A program made the translations under genes and the position numbers. This document shows, in pieces, positions 46,624 through 60,375 of a DNA stretch of 64,000 bases. Location of the stretch: positions 3,906,001 through 3,970,000 of the forward strand of contig OZ176051.1 in the NCBI GenBank assembly GCA_964247055.1, read 5' to 3'. The stretch's first letter is position 1. Each line of letters opens with the position of its first letter. The stretch is from Paragordius varius (taxonomy: Eukaryota > Animalia > Nematomorpha). The notes under the pieces were generated by a model. It searched no databases. It was not told the DNA's origin and saw only the letters and a program-made list of their open reading frames with translations.

Positions 46624-49600
46624 ATTCTGACTTCATGCCAAAATGCAGGAAAATGTAAATTTAAAAATTTGGACAATCCGAGCTAAATTTTAATAATCAT
46701 TATGCTTAAGCTAAAAAAGGGTATAGGCTGCAAATAATTTTGGAAACATTAATAATAATGATAATTTTTTATTTATTGTGTTAAATTGCCTAATACCTGA
46801 AAGTGTGGCATCTATTCATTAAATGAAATACCAATTATGCATAATTATTTTACAAAATCAATTATTTTTTGAGGGTAAGCCAACGATGTTTGCTCTAAAA
46901 TTTTTACATAGAATTTCAATGTCAAGGTTATTACATGCTTTTCTTCTTTGATTAATGTGATAGATTATAAAATATGCAAGATATTACAAATATTTTTAGC
47001 ATTATATATATACATATATTATATTTATAATTAACTCCTAAGTGAACAAAAAAATGTTGTGCAAACTTTATATATAACTCTGTCTGCATTTTTAACAAAA
47101 TTTAGCGCTAAAATCATGGGTGCGTACAGCTTCCATTTTTATAATAATATAAATTATTTTACCGCAAATATGTTAAATTAAATTAATATCATAAAATAAA
47201 TACAAGATAATAGGGGATTGTTTTATCATCACACAAAAGATTCAGATATTTAGTAATAAAAGTAAAAACCGGGATATCCTTCTATAATCCCATTTTTTTC
47301 TTTTGGTGAATGATAGGAAAAAGCTATGATGGTGAAATTTGCTTTTTTACCTGTTGTTGTGCGTTTTTAATAAATTTTTTTTTATTAAAAAAACTCTATT
47401 GTTCATTTTTTGATAGATTGAATAATAATACAATATATGTGTATATAGCTTACGTTGCGCGATTTCTTCTAATCTCGTTTCATATCTTCCTGTGTTATAT
47501 TCCCAAAGAATTAGCAGATTTTACATTCTGTAATTATCAAAATAAACTTTGTTCTAGAAAGAAAAAAGGTAAAATGAAATTAGGGAAGGCCGAGAATAGC
47601 TCTTTCAGTTATTAGATATATCATATTTTTTGATAAGGGGGCGTAAGCTTAAAAAAATAATTTTTATGCGATACATGCATACATATTTTTAGTAGTTTAC
47701 CAAAAAAATTAAACATTATCGCTAGAGCTATGTTTGATGATTAAAAATATCTAAAGATTTTTTACATAAATATTATTATATCCCGTTTTCTCCCAAAGTG
47801 AAGAATTTTAAATTTTATATTTAATAATTGGTGGATTAACATATGGCAAAAAAATCTTAATATATCTACCTGCTTATACAATAAAAAGTATCAGTATAAT
47901 TTCAAGGTTGCCAAAAAAAATAACCTATTTAATTATTGTAATGTGGATATCATTCTTAAATTAACTAAATCGCTTATTTATTTAATCTTTGATGTGATTA
48001 ACACTCTATAATACTTTATAATCTCCGAAAATTTTTATTTCTTCCAAAATGGATTATAATTATAAACGAGATATGATTTTATCTTATCATAAAAGGATAT
48101 GGCGATACAATTGTGTGACAATTTGTATTTGATATTCTAATCTTTTATACACCCAAGTAAGTGACAGTAGCTTACCAATGTTTGATAGTAGTTTTGCCCG
48201 AGACACAAGTTATTTAAATAGATAAAACCTTAAAGATTTAGTCCTTTCCCCCAAATTCATTTTACAAAAAATTATATTTTTCTCGCTAAATTCGTATAAT
48301 ATTAACCTTGAAAAAGTTCAAACCTTATCTGACTAAACGACAGCTGAGTTTTGATTTACACGCTTAAACAAATCCATCCATCCATTTATGAAATGGAAAA
48401 TATAGATAATAATTCACATTAATAATTATTACAAATTGTTTAAAATTTAACTGGGCGCTATATTTTTGACTTCCCCCTTTTGTGATCATGATAATTAAGT
48501 ATTATGGTAAAAGTCATAATTACACAATCCTTAAAAATACCCATTTATACACTTTTGGGCGGAGAAATGATCATTTAAAAAATTTTCTCCAAAAAATATT
48601 TTAAATCTTACAAAAAATTTACAAACTCGCCAAGTCAATTTTTTACATGTTATTATCTAGCTTCTTTATCCAATCCAATACATTTTGTGACAATTGAATA
48701 AATTATTAATTGTGAATTCCCTGATTTTTTTTGCAAATTGTGTGTCAAACTATATTAGGATGTATTCAATTGTCCGGATTCTGTGGATCATAGCTTTTAT
48801 ATCGCAGGTATAGTATTTAGGTTTAGTGACACTTGTCTTATTTTTAAAAAAATATTCAATTTTTGTAACTTGTAAACTCAAGTCCTTTACCAAGTTTTTA
48901 AATAGGCAAATAATACATTAACTTCGATAATTATTCATAACCTCAATCTAAGAGCCGAAGATCCTTTCTGAAATCTTAACCATGTCTTTTGCGAAGCCTT
49001 TTAAAACCAAAAAATTAATCAAAAATGGTTTGCAATCTTTAAACCCTGCCCGTGGTTCAAAACTGCCCCAAAAGAATTTTTTATTTTATTAATTTTTATT
49101 TTTTCAATACAATATGGCCCTTATTGCACATATAAATTGATAAAGTAGTTTTTTAGAATTTCGAGAAAAATTAGTATACATATGCCTATGATGTTTGGGC
49201 CATTTTTCACACATACCAGAATATTAGATATATCCTGTCATTATTGACAACTTATTTCTTATAATTGTAATAACGGAAGCGGTTATTGTAAAAGATACAA
49301 TATGGAATTGGAACCGAAACCAAAAACGCTTCCTATTCTAGTTATTAAAATTTAGTAATGGTTACTTCGTGTAATTTAACAAGTTAAAAATTTCTTAACT
49401 ATAGCAAAGTTTTTATAATTAAGTACCAATATCTTTTTATAATATATGGCATTTTATCTATGTATTGGATAATTTGAAATTTAGAAAATTCGTATTAGTT
49501 ATAATATTTGTAAACAAGAGTATTTTGCTTAATGATATGGAATTTTTAAAAATTTGCTATTTCTAAAACAAAAAATACCTGCTAATATGAAAACATTTTG

Positions 49601-49638
49601 ATGGCATATGTAAACCTAATTCTTCACGTCTTCTAAAC

Positions 49639-49921
49639 CGGGGTGGCCAACATGCGGCCAGCGAAAAGTTTGAAAATTACGAAATAAGTACGATATGCAC
49701 AATTTGCAAAAATATGCTGATAAAATCTTAGTAAAATTGATATTTCTTAAACACATTTTATAAATAAGGGGATATTCAATTAACACTACCAATTGGTGAA
49801 ACAAATATTAGTTATTTTTATTTAGCCATTATTTTACAGTCTTATATTTGAAATCTATTGAAATAATAGTCATATATTAACTATGCGACCCGAGAAGCCA
49901 TATGTGTTGGACACTCCTCTG
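49639..49921. mobile_element. hAT-type MITE related to 8865-9149
   Basis: Ends CGGGGTGGCCAAC / GTTGGACACTCC, with ATGCGGCC subterminal motifs and a shared internal segment. Confidence 0.6.
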
Positions 49922-49994
49922 TTTAAAATTATCAAAAAAAACCTTTTTAAACAGATTATGTGCCGCCATTTACAAATATTTTTCACTGCTTTAG

Positions 49995-52900
49995 AATGTT
50001 TATGGTGGAGGTTTTGATTTTCAACCCTCACCCGATGAAAGAACCAGACAAGATAGTCAAAACACTGGCGGCGCATCTTTGAGACCAGACAATATAGACC
50101 GTCAATCACCTCTCAACAATAATCAATTTAACACAGGAAACGGTAATGTATTTGGTAATAATGGTAATGACAATCGAGGCGATATAAATCGAGGTAATGG
50201 TTTTACCAAAGGTGGTGTTGGCGCTCAATCAGCTCTACCGACGTCTAATACGAGATTACCCGATAACAATTTCGCACCAAACCAATTCGACCAAGGGGAT
50301 GCACGAGGCGACGCTCTACCTGACACAAGTTTGTTTTTCTAGCGATTGACTATAAACTGTTTATTCCTTAAAATAAATTCAATCAATTTTTATCTGTTGT
50401 AAATAGGTTTTAATGGCCCTGCTGGCAATACATTTGGTACTCAATCCTCACCAATTAAGGGAGGTATTGCATTACCAAATTCTCAGTCCGAAGGAGGACC
50501 CTTCGGCGGTAGAAATGAAGGCCCTGATCGTGGTAGACAAATTGATTCATTTATTACTGAAGTAACACCCTTAAGTCAGGGTACTGGGGCAGGACAGCCA
50601 TTAGAGTTTGATGTTCAAGGTACGGGAACTCTCAGTCCACAAGAGGAGGAAAATTTACTGAAAGATTTAGAAACATTGAAACAACTAGAAGAAAATGAAA
50701 ATTTACGCACAAGCACTCTTCCTTCAGCACTTCCAGGAGGTACACTCAGCGGTTTACAATCGGCATTTACAAATTTACCAGACCTTCAACAGGGACAGAC
50801 AGGTACGGAACCCGGTGGAACAAGCTTTGGTGGTCAATCTAGTTTTGCAACTACTGAATTCCCATTCCAAGCTTTCCAAAATAAATACAAAGAAAAATCA
50901 ATCTTTTTGGACAAGTTGAAAGAAATCGAGCAATCGAATCCCCAACTCTACGAAAAAATAGTTGGGAAAACACCTGCACCAGGGCAACAAACTGCAGAAA
51001 CTGGTCAGAGACAAGGTTCAACCCAACCTTTTCAACCACAAGAGAGAGATGGAGCATTGGGTGGTTTTTCAGGGAGACCTGGGGAAGGGGGCACAAATTT
51101 ACCCACATTTGAGCCACCACCACCAAAACCATCCAGGCCGGCAGTAGGTGGTGAAAACGGCGGTTTAGGTACAGCACTTCCTTCTCAAACCGATGGACTA
51201 CAAAATGGTATCCTACCCACATTTGAACCGCCCCCACCCAAACCAACAAGGCCAGTAGCAGGAGGTGAAAACGGTGGTTTTGGAACAGGTATCCCTTCTT
51301 CTCAAACAGATAGACCTCAAAATGGCATCATATTTCAAGGACAACCTGGATCTCGGTTTTCCGGAATAAGCGGTCCATTGATTAGGGGTGGCACCTTGCA
51401 ACCTGGAACGATACCTGAACCATTGCAACCGTCATCAACTGTATCTTTAGATCTTTTACCAGGTTTGCGCAACAAATTTAGACAAAAATCCATATTTTTT
51501 GATCGGCTTAAGGATATAGAAAGAGCTAATCCTGCTCTTTACCGCGAAATTATTCGACAAGATTCAGAAGGCCTTCCTGGGAGCACTTTTGGTGGTCAAC
51601 CAGGAACGACCATACAGTTTGGTAGACCTGGAATCGCACTTCTTTCTTCGACATTATCACCATCTGGGGGAACACCGGGTGGACAGGGGCCCCTTATTAC
51701 AAATCTGGCTACATTACTTCAACAACCTGGTAAAACTGATTGTTTGAAATAGTATTTAAATATAAAATTAGTTAGTAAGGGTAACGAACTGTTCAGATAT
51801 AAATATAAATTTTTACATCTTTTTGTTATGGGTCTTGTTTGGATATTTCGGTATATTCCTATGATGTTAACATTTGACGTTTACCCAATTCCATTGAAGT
51901 TACTAGATTTTCGAAAATTAATGGCACTGTTAACCATAATAACATAATTGATAACATATATGCTTCAAGAATCTATGTGAAAAAGTATAAACATTTTTTA
52001 ATTCATATGCGATTATTGTATTTCATAGGTTTACTAGGAGCTGGTCCTGATGGCAGACTTCCACAGCGTACTGTATTTACCGGTCCCGACGGAAGATTGG
52101 ATCAAACAGGCTCATTACCTAATTTACAAGGTTCATTAGCCACAAATTTGGGAGATATTTTAGAAGGGAGGGGTACCACCTTGCCACCAGGGTTTTTTAA
52201 TTCTACACTCGCTACCAATTATGATACCAGTGTGACAAATCGTGATTTCCGAATCGATTTTAATCGGCAAGATCAAGACCCAAATGGTCGTTTGCCGTTA
52301 GGTGGAAATGGGGCTCGCGGAATATTTTCTACCATAAGCCCTAGATTTGATACAAGTGTTACGAACGATGATTTCAAGGCAGAATTCGATTTGGTTGATA
52401 AACTCCGAAGTAAAGGTTTACCCACGACAGGACAGCAACTCAGTATGTGCGCAAAGGAGTGTTATATTATGTAAAAATATTGAGCACAAATTTATGTTAC
52501 ACATAATTATAGGTCCAGAACAATTACAAAGACTCACATCCTTGCTCCCAGGCTTAGCTAATAGAGGTGTAACAGGTGGTATTAGTATCGGTCAACCAGG
52601 ATCTCAAAACCAATTCAGTTCGCCAAGTGATAGGATAAATAACCTAGAAATACCCAAAGATTTGGAAGCAATACGGGCCAAACAACAAGCCGGTCAGCAG
52701 AATATTCGACCGGAAGATCTGTTAAACCAATTACGCCAACAGCAGCAACAACAACAGCCAGGTAAAAACAATTTGAATTAGATCAGAGGGAATATAATAG
52801 ATTTTTTTAAAAAAATCACTCCTCTGTAAATTTAGAATACATCTTAGGTTAAAGAAGATTTTCCCAAAATATTTTTTTCGGATGCCATCCATAGAAATAA

Positions 52901-55900
52901 CTCTATGCTTATTTTTTTACAATTTCTTGTTGTATACAATGGCTATTTTAGGCGGTATATTTGGGGGATTACCATCTCTCACAGGCGGAAGTCAAGATAG
53001 TTCTTTTGGTCAAAGGCCGGGCCAAATTTTGGGCGGTACTAACCTAGAAATCCCGAAAGACTTGGAAACAATAAAGTTAAAAGAGCAATTGCAACAACAA
53101 CAACCAGGAGGTAAAAATATTTTAAAGTTATTCAAATCGTTTCTTTTAAAAAATGGGAAATATTAAAACTCGTAATTTAAAATTTAACATTTAAAGAAGT
53201 TAGAAAGGTCATACTAATATACCGATTTGAAAACAAGTCCAAAAATTTTATGTCTCTTCACACTATTACTATTTGACAACGAGTATTGTTATAATATAAT
53301 TTTTCTTAGGATTCCAAAGGCCAATTCAATTGCCTTATACACCACCCTTTCAAATCAGTGATTTGGATGCCCCAAGTTCAGGAATCACTCCAAGCCCTAC
53401 ATCTAGAATAGGGGGTGCAACCCAACCTTTTGAAGGAATTGGGAGTGATTTTGGTGGCCAACAGAGTACTTTTCCCACAGTTTTGGGCACCTCACCGAGA
53501 GGTGGCAGTTTAAATTTACCTGATGGTAAGTACACGTTAGAACAAATGACTCATTTTTAAATTGCTGAAAAAGGTTTTAGGTCTTTTAATTGACTAAAAT
53601 TAATAGATTTGGGAGGAACGTATAATATTTTCAATTCAAAACAATGATTTTATTTATGAGTTATTGTTTAAATGTAAAAATGGTTAAAATCAAAAATTTT
53701 GTACTAAATAGGTGTGCGTCCAATCGATTTATTATCTCAAGCGAGACAACAACAGCAGCAACAACCTGGATCCTTTCTGCCAGGTAAAGTATTTTTCGCA
53801 AATTTTTAAATTGAAATAAATGATCAATTTTCCATTAATTGAAAATTGAATCGCTCATAAATTTTATATATAGATATTTTTTTTCAGTGACTTATTCGAT
53901 TAATAATAAACTCGATTCCCTACTATTATACAGGTGGCCAAGCAGGTTCAGGCGCATCCAATTTACCTGCCATTTTATCACAATTGACCCCCGAACAAAA
54001 AAATAGCCTTAAGGATCAACTTGAGAGAATTGGGGCCTCTAGAGGTCCGGGTGGATCCATTAATATTCCAGGCATTGGTTCTTTAGGTTCCTTAACACCT
54101 GAGCAAGCCCAACAAGTAAATTATTATATTTAATGAACTACACATAAGATAAATTGTTTATTTGTAAATGATCATTACAGAAATAATAGTTTTATGTAAA
54201 TGTTTATAAAAGATCCGAAAAATAATTAATTTAACTTAAATTTCAATAGTAAACTACACTTAAAAGAAAAAAACGATGTGTGAAACGCTTTCAATTGGTA
54301 ACAAATACAAAACTAGCGGATTGACTTTGATAAGGGTTCTACATATCGTTTTTTATGTTAAGCTCCCTGTTAAAATTAATTTGATAAATTATTACACGGA
54401 TTTTCATTATGTTTTAAAATAATTGCATTATCATTTTGATAATACCCCAATTATTTTGATCACATTAGCTAACTCAATTACTGCAAAATAACGGTTTACT
54501 TCCCTTGACCCCTTTTCCTGGGCAACAGACAGGGGGTGGACTACAAACCAGACAGCCTGGAACAGGTACCAATAAATCATTATATTTATCAGAATCAAAA
54601 ATAATCAAATAGATTATTGTTTTGTTGATTATTTTTATGAAATTTTAACTAGGAAGTTATTAGGAGCCAAAAACGCTGATTTACAATTTATTATTAATTC
54701 AAAACGGTTTTATATGATTAACAAAAACTCACATAAACGGTGATTTTATTTAAATAATTGGAGTTTGTTCTAAAAGCATACTTAAAATATACGTGTCCAA
54801 ATTTCCAATGCGTGAAATTAGTTTATATTTAAATATAATCATTATGTAATTAAATGTTTAAATTTAGAATTGTTTTTTTAGTGTGATGTTTATTCTAATA
54901 GGATAATTAGATTTGCAAGTCTAAAGTACGTTAATAAACCATTTCATATAACTGTAAACATGTCGGTTGAGGTTTGAAAGGCGTTAAAACTTAACATCTT
55001 TTACAGATTGACAGTGATAATATCGTGATTAAAAATTAATCCTTGATGTTAATTTTGAACCTTTTGGTTTTCATCAAAAAATATTTTCATTGATAAAATA
55101 TATGATAATTTAAGGTTTAACTTTACCTGGACGAGTTGGCACGACGGGAGGAATAGGGCAAAATTTGTTTGGACGAAGACCTGGTGATGATATACTGGAA
55201 AGTAATGCCACTTCCAGTCCAATGATACAATGTATATGTTTATAATATTTTGATATTTTTCCTCTATTTTAAAAAAAAATTGGAATTTCAAAAAAACTTT
55301 TACTTTATATTCTAGCAATAAGTGTATCATGTGATATGTCTGCAAATACAATGGATGTACTACTTAACTTTGATCAACCGTTTGATGGGTTAGTATATGC
55401 CAAAAATTATTTTAAAATTGACATTTGCCGCCAAAATGCGAACCGTCAAACTCAAGTCAATTTCCGAATCAATTTGGATACCTGTGGCATGTTTACATCA
55501 ACTACGGTAGCTAATTAAAATATTTGCCTATCAAAGCATTAAAATGAGCATTAGAATTAATAAAGGCAAAACGTAAAATAGTAGATTTTTTTCAAATGAC
55601 AGCCATACTTCTTCAATCTCGTTTCTTTTAAATTTAAATTATATAACTGAGTATCTTAACATTTTTTTCTCTCTGTCTATTTGGCAACCGAAGCGAATAA
55701 AAAAACAAAGTTTAAAAAATATGGTTGTATTTTCTAAAATCTGTCTTTAACTTTTACGTTTAGTCATTATATATTCACTTTGTTGTAATCCATAAAAAAA
55801 TTAAATTCCAAAAAATTTAAAAATAGGGCTTAACACCGCAAGAGAGACAAAGATGGTTTGAAAACGTGGTAGTCATCATGAATAACAAAGAGGCCGGTAT

Positions 55901-56712
55901 CCTAGAAGCCTGGGATAAAGCTTATAAAGTCAGTTGTGGTGCCTCCGATTTCGGCAATCACCAAATGAAATTGGGAATTACAGTTCCGTATGTTGCTTTA
56001 AATTTGTTTAAATTTCCTTATAATACATTTAGTATCCAAAGTTTTTACTAATTAAGTAATAATTACGGAATCAATCCCTCCGTTATAACATTAAAATAAA
56101 CTCACTTGAAACAATATGTGAAGTCATTTAGTCAATGGTAATCGCAGAATCGTGTTTCGAAAGTAAACAAAACTAAAAAATATTAAAATTTTCGACTATA
56201 TTAAGGGACTTAAGCTATGTGGCCCAGATATTTTAGTTGCTTGTAGATCGACAGATCATAAAGCAAAAATTCTGGTTGGAGGAAGTTTAAATATATAAAT
56301 AAGGCCCTAAAAAGTGGTTTATCACATGAAATCAGTTATTAACCATACCCTCACTCTAATAATTCGAAAGTCACAAGATCGTCTAAAATGGAAAATACTT
56401 ATTTATGAGAAAGCTTAGAGTCGCTACGTGACTAGCTTCTAACACAACTGTTGATAATATATATATATATATTAATATTTTATCTATGATTATCATGATT
56501 TAGGATGATCCCAACTGTAGAGGCCCCGGGCTTTGAAGTCAAGTTACCTGACACTTGGATGAAAATTGTGAGGGGTATGGATCCTAACGCTGAACCCGTC
56601 AATCAATTAACATTGGGCGAAATGGCTTCCCTAATTGTGATTCGCACGGACCCCAACAGTAAATTATAAGAGTAAAATAGAGTTATTTTGAAAATAAAAG
56701 CTTAGGGTTTTT

Positions 56713-56749
<37 letters not shown>

Positions 56750-57145
56750 TATTTGTGCGAAGATTATGATATAATATAGCCATTATTTAATTATATTTAG
56801 CCATGTACGATATCCATTTGTACAGTTGCACGGCTCATGATGGAAGCAATTTGCTTAATGTGGAACTATTGGATACTAATGGGTATTTATACGATTACCT
56901 GTTTTAAATTTATTTCTATTACATTTAAAAAATTTTCTAAATTCATATTTTTAGATGTCCAGTGCACTCTAAAATTGTAATGCCTCAAAAACGGGGTCTA
57001 ATAAGTACGGGAGAATTAGCAGCTATTTTACCATTTAACACCTTCAAATTCCCTGATGAACAAAACGTATTTTTCAAATGCGAGGTTCAGTTATGCTTCG
57101 AGAATTGTCAAGAGGTGATTTTTTAATAATACTGAAAAGTTTTGG

Positions 57146-57183
<38 letters not shown>

Positions 57184-58710
57184 TCCATAATAACAAATAT
57201 TTGATAAAATGCATGTATTATAATATAATATTTTGCTTCTTAAGCGACCTTGCCCAAATCAAATCCGTGGAAAACGAGAAGCTGTCAATGAATCTGAAAT
57301 TATAACTCCATCCAAAACTCAAAACACTATAGATTTTGTTACTGAAGCACCAGTAGATTCCCTGTGGTCAAAACCATTGTTTCAATCTGTTGAGGTCATT
57401 TTGCCAGAACAAACAGAAAAAGGTTTTGATACAGAGTGTTTTAGTTCAAATAATTTCATTTTAGGGTTATTAAGCAGTAATTTAAACCACGTCTTTTTTC
57501 CACATAGGCTTAGCTGCCGGTCCGCGGAGTCGTAAAATGTCAAGTGTACTCGATGATCAACCTAACAACAATCAAAAGCGATTAGATAGGACGAATGATG
57601 GTATAGGACCACACCACTCCAGTAGTACATCGGATATGATTAAATCGTTGGCGATAAATAAACCGTGTGTATCTCTCGTCATGTTTTTTTCAATGGTCGC
57701 TTTGCTTGGGGCAAGTCTTATGGTTACACTCGGCATTTGTATAGTTTTGTGTCTACGTAAACAGAATAAAAACAAGATAATGGATTTCCCAGACGCAGGC
57801 GGCAACAAAAAAGGGGGAAAAACCACCCCAAAAAATCGACCAGCGATGGTTATTCCTGATGAGACTACGACTCACCTCCCAACATACCAATCCCAAGTAA
57901 ATTAATATATAATCAACTCAACTCAATTGTTTGTTTGATACAGTGAGTAAATTACATTGCTAGTTTTTCATAAATCGAATTGCCAGATAGCAGCATCAGA
58001 TACGATTAGATCTTTTTTCTGCATATCCAACAGATTCGCTATTTACTGTATAAATACTATGTGCCAATATTTAATAAAAAAACTTGCAATAAATTTGTAA
58101 AATCTAGGCTTTTTAATAGATTTTCCCGTTGTCTTTGTTTTTAAAACTTTTGGACCTTTCTCAGAATATTAAAATTTATCAGACTGAAATATAAATTCTT
58201 TAATATATATGCACATAGGCCTGCGACATGTACTTTGGTAAGGAGGATACGATCCAACCTAATATCATGACGCCTCATAACCGTATATTTAGAGCACTGG
58301 GAAGAAATCAACCCTCCTATCCAAATGAAAGCGTATAAACCACAATTTTTTGGATTAAAATCAAAAACAATAAAATTTAAGCTATTATTTTAATTTGATG
58401 TATATAGGTAAATGGTGCTAAGGCGATGCCAATACAATACAATTCTTTTTTGAAACGCAATTTTGCAGATTATTTCATGAAACATACGCAACCACAATAC
58501 AACAACAATCCTGAAGAAAATTTAACTTTCAATAAGAAAAAACCAAATAACCAAAATACGAATACTCATGTAGAATATGATCCACAACGTACGTATAAAA
58601 AATCTTCCTATCTCCATTTTTTACAATCGGAAAAGGCACAAAATGAACAACAATTTGCCAAGGATGAAAAAAATGGTCGGGAAAATGTGTCAGTTATCAT
58701 GGTTGATTAA
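49995..58710 (+). CDS. Cuticlin-type ZP-domain transmembrane protein with a long Gly/Pro/Gln-rich N-terminal region (first exon and signal peptide not located)
   Basis: ZP-N from 55317 (SVSCDMSANTMDVLLNFDQPFDGLVYAKNY...C...INLDTCG), ZP-C (YSCTAHDG...LLDTNGCP...FKFPDEQNVFFKCEVQLC), furin-like site RGKR (~57270), TM helix VSLVMFFSMVALLGASLMVTLGICIVLCL (~57670-57755), and a spliced cytoplasmic tail to TAA at 58710. Confidence 0.88.
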
Positions 58711-60375
58711 GACTAATAATTTCACAATTAAAATTAGTTTTCGTTTTAAATGAACAATCTATTTAAATATTGTATTATTTTGCATTTAGAAATTAAACAT
58801 TTAATATAATAAACAAAATATTTTTTGAAAAAGCATATTTGCATGTCCAAATATGATGCATATTTATTTATTTATAACCAAATATATATATAAATTAAAT
58901 TAATATTTGCAAAAATATATTAAAATTATTAGTTAATAAATCTATAGTTAATAATATTTTAGTACCACATATGAATTATTACACATGTTTCATCAATTAG
59001 GTTATTTAAAGTTAATAAAATTATTATCAATAACCGTATATATATGTATATGTATAATTGACTATTTTGGGTAGAGGAAAAATTTACATTACCATATACA
59101 TAAAAAATAACTAATTTACATTAGTTGGTATTAAAAAATTAGTTTATACATATATGTTTTACAAAAAAATAAATATGAAAATTGTGCTAAAAATATATCA
59201 ATATTTACCAAAAAAATTGGAAAATACTCTTTTAAAATAACACTAGACAACAAATTTTAACTTTTTTTAACTGCCATTCTTGTAAATTTAAAATTTATTT
59301 CATTAAAGTACATAATTAGTATATCTGAAAAGAAAATTGGTCCTACATGAAAGAATATTTTTATATTAGAGTTTATCGATAATTTTTGGCCCCGATTTAA
59401 CATTAAACTCGAAATTTCATAAATTTAAAGTTTTCGATATGAAGCTATGTATTTTATATCATTCGAAAGAGCGCAAAAAACTGCATCTTTTAAATGGTAG
59501 TAAGTCATTTAAATCCATCGGATGTAAAAGTTATTTGGATTTAAATGGTCAAAATTTTCAATCCTTAAATAAGTCAAGAATTTTCACAGACAAACTAATC
59601 TGAAAATCATTTAAATTATTTTAATATTATTATTAGGGTTATATTAGTATTTAATTAAAAAAAAATGTTTGGAAAAGCTTTTGGTTTGCTTTTTTAATAA
59701 AAATTATTATTATCATAAATATTTTACCTAGTGGAAACTAAAATGCATAGTTATAACTCTAAATTTATTACATAATGGCTATAAAAGATCAAAATACCTT
59801 AAACTTTGTTTTTATCTTTAAATTTTCGAAATTATCAGCCTTGTAAAGAAAATAAATTAATATTGATGAGATGGTAATTTTTAAAAAACAAAAAACTTAA
59901 AAATGGCTGTTTTGAGTGACATAAAAGCAATAAAAAATGTTTTAATCAAAAAAACTTTCTTGTGTTATCTTTTTTGGACATTCATCTCCATCTAAACAAA
60001 GTTTGAGCTATTTTCATCCATTAGTTTTAGAAATATAATAATTAAAAAAAATGCTCTCGCTTCGCGCGTTTGTCGCTCTTTGTGTCCAATATTAACTGTC
60101 GATGTAATACATATTAGTATATATTTTATAGAGTTTTTATTACTCTTTCGAATGATATATTACAAATGGGCATTACTTGTATATTTTCAAAGAAAAATAT
60201 TTTTTAGTAAAATTTTGATAAAGAGGGCGCATAATCAAAATCAAATTATACAAAATTCTTCCAACGAGTTATAATTTTTATTTCAGATTTACTGTTAAAA
60301 TGATATTAAATATCAAAAAATGCAAAAAACACGAGTGGCAGAAAAATTTGTTGTCTAGTGTAATATATAAAATTT

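Noticed and set aside
59280-60080. Probable non-coding interspersed repeat with a ctcgcttcgcg motif
   Set aside because: No termini, TSD or second copy in the window to define it.
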